The translations under genes and the position numbers were made by a program. The notes beneath the pieces are model-generated. The model searched no databases and had not been told where the DNA came from. It saw nothing but the letters and a program-made list of their open reading frames with translations. From assembly GCA_016208765.1 (NCBI GenBank), contig JACQXK010000065.1, positions 64,962 through 128,961 on the forward strand: DNA of 64,000 bases. Direction: 5' to 3'. Shown piece by piece: positions 59,381 through 64,000 of this stretch (the first letter of the stretch is position 1; every line of letters starts with the position of its first letter). Source of the stretch: Candidatus Omnitrophota bacterium. GTDB lineage: Bacteria; Omnitrophota; Gorgyraeia; Gygaellales; Profunditerraquicolaceae.

Positions 59381-60481
59381 ATGAAAATACTCTATATAAC
59401 AAGGAAATTTTTTCCCTCAACAGGGGGAATGCAAACTCAAAGCGTAGAATTTTATCGATGTATTAAATCTCAAAATCAAGTAATGCTTATTGCTTGGGGC
59501 CATTCTCAGGTTTTTCTGCCTTTTTTTATTGTTTTTGCTTTTTTAAAGGCCTGCTTTTTATTAATTCAGAAAAAGGCTGACGTGATACAATTGGGCGATT
59601 TGGTGCTTTCTCCCGTAGGGGTATTGTTGAATAGGATATTTCATATTCCTGTTTTAAGTATTTCACATGGCAGGGATTCTGCCTTTGGAAATAAGCTATA
59701 TGATAAATTCGTGCTTAGTTCGGCTAAGAAACTGGATAGGATTATTTGCGTTAGTTCTAACATGAAAACAAGGCTAAAAGCAAGGGGAATAAATGAAGAG
59801 AAATTAACAGTTATTCCTAATGGGATTAACGCTGATAGCTTTAAGGATAAAATTGTTGATAGGCAGGAAGCACTGAATATCCTGCAAAATGAATTTGCTC
59901 TGCAACTAGAAGGTAAGAAAATAATATTTTCAATCTGCCGTCTGGTTCCTAAAAAGGGAATTAAAGAATTTATTGATAAGGTTTTTGTTGAAATAATCAC
60001 CAAGTGCCAGAATTCTGTTTTTCTTATTGCCGGTTGCGGCCCGGAAATGCCTTTGATTGCTGAATCCATTAAGAAAAATCATTGGGAGAACAAAATATTC
60101 TTATTAGGACAGATTGCATACAACTCTTTGGCATTCCATGCTTTATTTATGGCCGGAGATGTCTTTGTTATGCCTAATAGGCAAGTTAGCGGTGATGCAG
60201 AAGGATTTGGTATTGCTATCCTGGAAGCTTCTATGCATGGTAGGCCGGTGGTAGCTTTTGATGTGGATGGGATCTCTGAGGCAGTGATTGATGGCAAAAA
60301 CGGTATTTTGATAAAGGCTAATGACAATAGCTCTTTTGCAGAGAGCGTTTTTTTATTTTTATCGGATGAAAAGAAGAATAGGGATTTCGGGCAGATGGCA
60401 AGAAAATACACAGAAGAACATTTTAACTGGAATAGCATTGTTAAGCGTTATATGGAGCAGTATAAGATCTCAGTATCTTAG
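59381..60481 (+). CDS. GT4 family glycosyltransferase
   Basis: GGMQ, IPNG, RLVPKKG, EGFGIAILEA (EX7E); ATG at 59381. Confidence 0.9.
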   Translation: MKILYITRKFFPSTGGMQTQSVEFYRCIKSQNQVMLIAWGHSQVFLPFFIVFAFLKACFLLIQKKADVIQLGDLVLSPVGVLLNRIFHIPVLSISHGRDSAFGNKLYDKFVLSSAKKLDRIICVSSNMKTRLKARGINEEKLTVIPNGINADSFKDKIVDRQEALNILQNEFALQLEGKKIIFSICRLVPKKGIKEFIDKVFVEIITKCQNSVFLIAGCGPEMPLIAESIKKNHWENKIFLLGQIAYNSLAFHALFMAGDVFVMPNRQVSGDAEGFGIAILEASMHGRPVVAFDVDGISEAVIDGKNGILIKANDNSSFAESVFLFLSDEKKNRDFGQMARKYTEEHFNWNSIVKRYMEQYKISVS

Positions 60482-60499
60482 GGCTGTAGTTGTGAAAAG

Positions 60500-61639
60500 A
60501 TGAATATTTTTTCAATAACCATGACTTTAGTAAGCCCTCCTTATGATGATGGGCCAAAGAATTTGGTTTTTGGGATTGCTAAAAGATTAAAGAAGCATAA
60601 TTTTTTCTTTGTTTCCTTTTTGTTTAAAAAGTTTAAAGTTGAAGATAACATTAAGTTTATAGGTAGCCCTTTTCAAAATAGCCCTAGCCTGAGAATGTCT
60701 GTTATGCAGCAGGTTTACATATTTTTTGTTATCCTCTTAAACCTGAGAAGAATTGAAGTTTTTCAATTTTTCTTTACTCCTAAAGAGTATTTTGCGCGTT
60801 TCTTTAAAATTATGCTTGAAAAAGCAAATAAACGTTCTGTTCAGGTAATTTCTTCAACACATTCTCTTTACGCAGGAACGAATAAAACAAATATTAAAGA
60901 TTTGTTTTTCTCTGATTCTGTAATTGCGCTTTCAGATTTCTCAAAACAAAGGTTAGAGAGCGATGGAGTTGGCAATGTCGTTAGGATTTATCCAGGGGTA
61001 GATTTGGATAGATTTGATAAAAGAAGAATAAAGAATGATTTTTTTGTGAAAGATAGGATTCCTGGTGTAAAATACATAATTTACCCTGGTGCTTATAGGG
61101 TTTTAAATTTATCGTATTCTTTTAAGGATTTGGTTAGTATTATTCTTGAAGTTAAGAAGGTTTTCGGAAATGTAAAGTTTGTGCTTGCCTGTAAGGTCAG
61201 GGAAAAGAAAGATTCTTTCCTTGAAAAAGAGTTTAAAGAGACCGCAAGGCAGTTTGGGGTAGATAAGGAAATTCATTATTTAAACATTGTTGATGATATG
61301 CCGGCTTTATTAAATAGTTGTGATATGGTAATTTTGCCTTCTTACAAGCATTTGTTTGGGATATTGGAGCTCCCTTTGGTTTTATTAGAGGCTTCGGCAC
61401 TTGAAAAGCCTGTTATTTATACAGCAGCTTCTCCTTTAGATGAGCTGAGGGATGCAGGGATCGGTGTTGGGCTTAAAGACAGCTCCTGCCAGTCATACGC
61501 AAATACTATAATTGATTTATTAAAAGATAAAAACAAAAGTGATAACATTGGATTTACTTCAAAATCTGCGATAATTAAGAATTTTAACCTTGAAAAAATG
61601 TCAGCAGAATTTGATGCTGTTTATAATTCTTTGCGATAA
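60500..61639 (+). CDS. GT4 family glycosyltransferase (divergent)
   Basis: N-terminal PPYDD, IYPGVD, ELPLVLLEA, KPVI. Confidence 0.75.
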   Translation: MNIFSITMTLVSPPYDDGPKNLVFGIAKRLKKHNFFFVSFLFKKFKVEDNIKFIGSPFQNSPSLRMSVMQQVYIFFVILLNLRRIEVFQFFFTPKEYFARFFKIMLEKANKRSVQVISSTHSLYAGTNKTNIKDLFFSDSVIALSDFSKQRLESDGVGNVVRIYPGVDLDRFDKRRIKNDFFVKDRIPGVKYIIYPGAYRVLNLSYSFKDLVSIILEVKKVFGNVKFVLACKVREKKDSFLEKEFKETARQFGVDKEIHYLNIVDDMPALLNSCDMVILPSYKHLFGILELPLVLLEASALEKPVIYTAASPLDELRDAGIGVGLKDSSCQSYANTIIDLLKDKNKSDNIGFTSKSAIIKNFNLEKMSAEFDAVYNSLR

Positions 61640-63136
61640 ATGAATAATTTAGTTAGAACTGTGGTTCATAAAAACAATAAAATACCCGAAGGCATAATGT
61701 CTGCCTTAAGCCGGATGGCACAGGTTTCTGGCGTAAAAAATCCTATAGTCGCACTTCCTGACCTTCATTTTAAGGGCTCATATCATACTCCCACTGGAGT
61801 AGTGGTTTTGACAAAGAATACAATTGTGCCGAAGTTTGTTAATCCAAACTGTGGAATGACTTTTATTGTAACCCCATTTTTTGAAAAAGACTTCAATAAT
61901 GAAAAAATAGATTTAATTTTTTCTTATTTAAGAAAACATATTTCTGTTTCCGCCTGGAGTGATCCTGTAATCTGTGTTGAAGATTTAAAAGATATTGTTA
62001 AAAACGGTGCTTCCTGGGCTATCTCGCGGCAGGGCCTTGATAAAAATGATCTTAATAATTTTGAAAATAAAGGATCGTTATTTTTAGATGAAGAAATTTC
62101 CTCAGAAGAGATATTATCTTTTATTCCTGATCCTTGTCAAAAAGCCGGTCTTCGTTCCATGGGGGTTCTGGGGTTTGGGAACCATTTTATAGAGATGCAG
62201 AAAGCAGAAGAAATTCTTCATAATGATATCGCAGAGAAGTTTGGAATCAAAAAAGGGCAGATTTGTTTTATGATGCACGGTGATTCCAGGGAATTTGGCC
62301 GTTCAATCTTTGATTTTTATTCAAAAAAAGCTAAAAAGTTTTTTGGTTTGCAGCAGGTTTATAAGAAAATTCATTTTTCACTTCTTGCTTCTAAATATAT
62401 CCCTGTTTGGTCAAAGAAGGCTTTGCGTGGTATTAATTATCACGGCAATCGTTTGAAATCTTTGCTATACTGGAAATTTCCGTTTTTAAACAAAATTGAA
62501 GCTGCAGAGTTTTCTTTTATCCTAGCTGATTCTTTGGAAGGCCGGGCCTATAGAATAAGCACTTATGCAGCATTGAATTATGCCTATGCAAACCGGACAT
62601 ATATGGCAGGCATAATCAGAGACGCTTTAAGAAATGCTTTTGATAGAAGTGATGCCCAAATTAAAATATTGTTTGACGGAAGCCACGATAGCCTGCAGCA
62701 GGAATTGGTTGATGGGGTTAAATATTGGGTGCATAGGAATGGGGCCAGCCGTGCTTACCCGCCTAAATCTTATCCGGATCATGGTATTTTTAGCAAAACC
62801 GGTCAGCCAGTTTTGCTCCCCAGTTGCTTAGGTAATTTTTCATTTTTATGTGCAGCGAATATCGGTTGTGCGCAAACTTATTATTCTTCAAGTCATGGCA
62901 CAGGCAGGTTGGTTGACAGGGGAGAAGCGCGTTATACATTTAAAGATGAAGACGTGTTAAGGGAAGTTGCTTCCAGTGGCATGAAAGTTTACGATTATGG
63001 CAAAGGCTGTGTTTCTGAGGAATCGCCGCGGGCATTCAAGAATGTTAATGATGTTCTTGAGGCGATAGAGGAAAACAATATTGCAGCCAGCGTTGTAAAG
63101 TTAAAGCCCGTAGCGGTTTTGAAAGGGTGGATATGA
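61640..63136 (+). CDS. RtcB-family protein (divergent RNA ligase fold)
   Basis: LPDLH, NCGM, GNHFIE, VHRNGA, SHGTGR, EESP.AFK, C-terminal LKG. Confidence 0.88.
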   Translation: MNNLVRTVVHKNNKIPEGIMSALSRMAQVSGVKNPIVALPDLHFKGSYHTPTGVVVLTKNTIVPKFVNPNCGMTFIVTPFFEKDFNNEKIDLIFSYLRKHISVSAWSDPVICVEDLKDIVKNGASWAISRQGLDKNDLNNFENKGSLFLDEEISSEEILSFIPDPCQKAGLRSMGVLGFGNHFIEMQKAEEILHNDIAEKFGIKKGQICFMMHGDSREFGRSIFDFYSKKAKKFFGLQQVYKKIHFSLLASKYIPVWSKKALRGINYHGNRLKSLLYWKFPFLNKIEAAEFSFILADSLEGRAYRISTYAALNYAYANRTYMAGIIRDALRNAFDRSDAQIKILFDGSHDSLQQELVDGVKYWVHRNGASRAYPPKSYPDHGIFSKTGQPVLLPSCLGNFSFLCAANIGCAQTYYSSSHGTGRLVDRGEARYTFKDEDVLREVASSGMKVYDYGKGCVSEESPRAFKNVNDVLEAIEENNIAASVVKLKPVAVLKGWI

Positions 63137-63756
63137 TTATTGTTTTTTCTGGTATTGACGGCTCGGGAAAAACAACTTACGCTGACAGGGTATTAAGCTA
63201 TCTGAAAAGCCAAAAAATAAATTTTAAATATCACCATATTGTAAAGGACTCGTTTTATAATTTTATTCTACATAATGTAATAGGAAGAATATCAAGTTCT
63301 AGCCAACGTTCTATTGAACAGGGTTTAAGAAAACCTGAAAAAAAACTAAAGCATCTTATTTTAAGAAGTATAAAGAAAATATTATTATTAACTAACCTTT
63401 TGTGTTTTAATATAATGTTTTGGAGGTGCCGTAGTTCAATAAAAAGAAATATAATCTGTGACCGTTATTTTTTTGACGATATCGTACAGCTTGAATATTT
63501 AAATCTGGCATCAAGAAGCTTCATTTCTTTTTACAAAAACTTGATTATTGAGCCAGATATAATTTTTTATTTTAAAATAGACCCAACAGTCGCTTTCAAA
63601 AGAAAGATGGAATACGAAATAGGTTATTATTTAGAAAAATGCAAAATTTATGATGATTGGGCCAAGCGTCTTCCAAATGTAACTGAAATTAGTGAAAACG
63701 CTATTGAAGAAAATACAAAAATAATTCAAGAAAGATTAAGGCGGTTAATTAAATGA
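63133..63756 (+). CDS. Thymidylate kinase-like P-loop kinase
   Basis: SGIDGSGKTT, ICDRYFFD, PDIIFYF..AFKRK; ATG at 63133 overlaps the RtcB stop (ATGA). Confidence 0.78.
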   Translation: MIIVFSGIDGSGKTTYADRVLSYLKSQKINFKYHHIVKDSFYNFILHNVIGRISSSSQRSIEQGLRKPEKKLKHLILRSIKKILLLTNLLCFNIMFWRCRSSIKRNIICDRYFFDDIVQLEYLNLASRSFISFYKNLIIEPDIIFYFKIDPTVAFKRKMEYEIGYYLEKCKIYDDWAKRLPNVTEISENAIEENTKIIQERLRRLIK

Positions 63757-64000
63757 AGAATATCCCTAAGGTATTGTTGGTACAACCATCATCTCGGTCA
63801 AAGACTCCTCGGCCTCCGTTAGGCTTAATGTATTTATCTTCTTTTCTGACAAAAAACGAGATAGACAATGAAATTATTGATATTAAAGGAAAAGAGGATA
63901 TTTCTGTTATTCAAGAGAGAATCTTAAATAAAATTAAGTCTATCAGTTCTGATATTATCGGAATTACTTGCCTCGTAACAGAGATTGAAGTAGTTGAGGA
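63753..64000 (+). CDS. B12-binding radical SAM protein, N-terminal part (truncated by window edge)
   Basis: Own translation MKNIPKVLLVQPSSRSKTPRPPLGLMYLSSFL..DIIGITC matches the B12-binding domain start of the protein at 36385; ATGA overlap; CX3CX2C lies outside the window. Confidence 0.72.
   Translation, partial: MKNIPKVLLVQPSSRSKTPRPPLGLMYLSSFLTKNEIDNEIIDIKGKEDISVIQERILNKIKSISSDIIGITCLVTEIEVVE

Noticed and set aside
51-62831. Many 60-170 aa minus-strand and alternative-frame ORFs
   Set aside because: All lie within well-supported + strand genes and show no recognisable motifs; treated as shadow ORFs
63133-63756. Housekeeping tmk
   Set aside because: Lacks the typical REP motif, has a basic/hydrophobic insert and sits in a glycan locus; called kinase-like only

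Overview
A gene-dense, AT-rich bacterial window in which all ~64 credible genes lie on the + strand, mostly with overlapping or abutting start/stop codons. Gene content and order suggest a PVC-type diderm such as Ca. Omnitrophota, but this is inference. There are three blocks. (1) 1-7.5 kb: the end of a type IV pilus cluster (PilX-like, pilMNOPQ) running into a short TIGR03936 protein and RNase G/E. (2) 7.6-18.3 kb: housekeeping genes rplU-obgE-proBA-nadD-rpe-PGM/PMM-plsC-rpsA-tyrS and a beta-repeat hypothetical protein; rpmA is missing from its usual position. (3) 18.3-64 kb: a >45 kb surface-glycan locus that continues past the right edge. It encodes dTDP-rhamnose genes with a plant/giant-virus-type NRS/ER epimerase-reductase, GDP-perosamine-type genes, a polyprenol-P-sugar/GT-C module, a Neisseria-like NeuB/NeuC/NeuA set interrupted by an amidino module (HisF-HisH fusion plus amidotransferase), a pyruvate-aldolase/KdsB-like ulosonate module and four B12 radical SAM genes. 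The top candidate for an undescribed system is a translationally coupled GT4 - divergent RtcB - dTMP-kinase-like - B12 radical SAM cassette at the right end, where an RNA-ligase fold appears repurposed for glycan chemistry. No rRNA, tRNA, CRISPR array, integrase or transposase was recognised. Family calls come from motif recognition by eye, not database searches.
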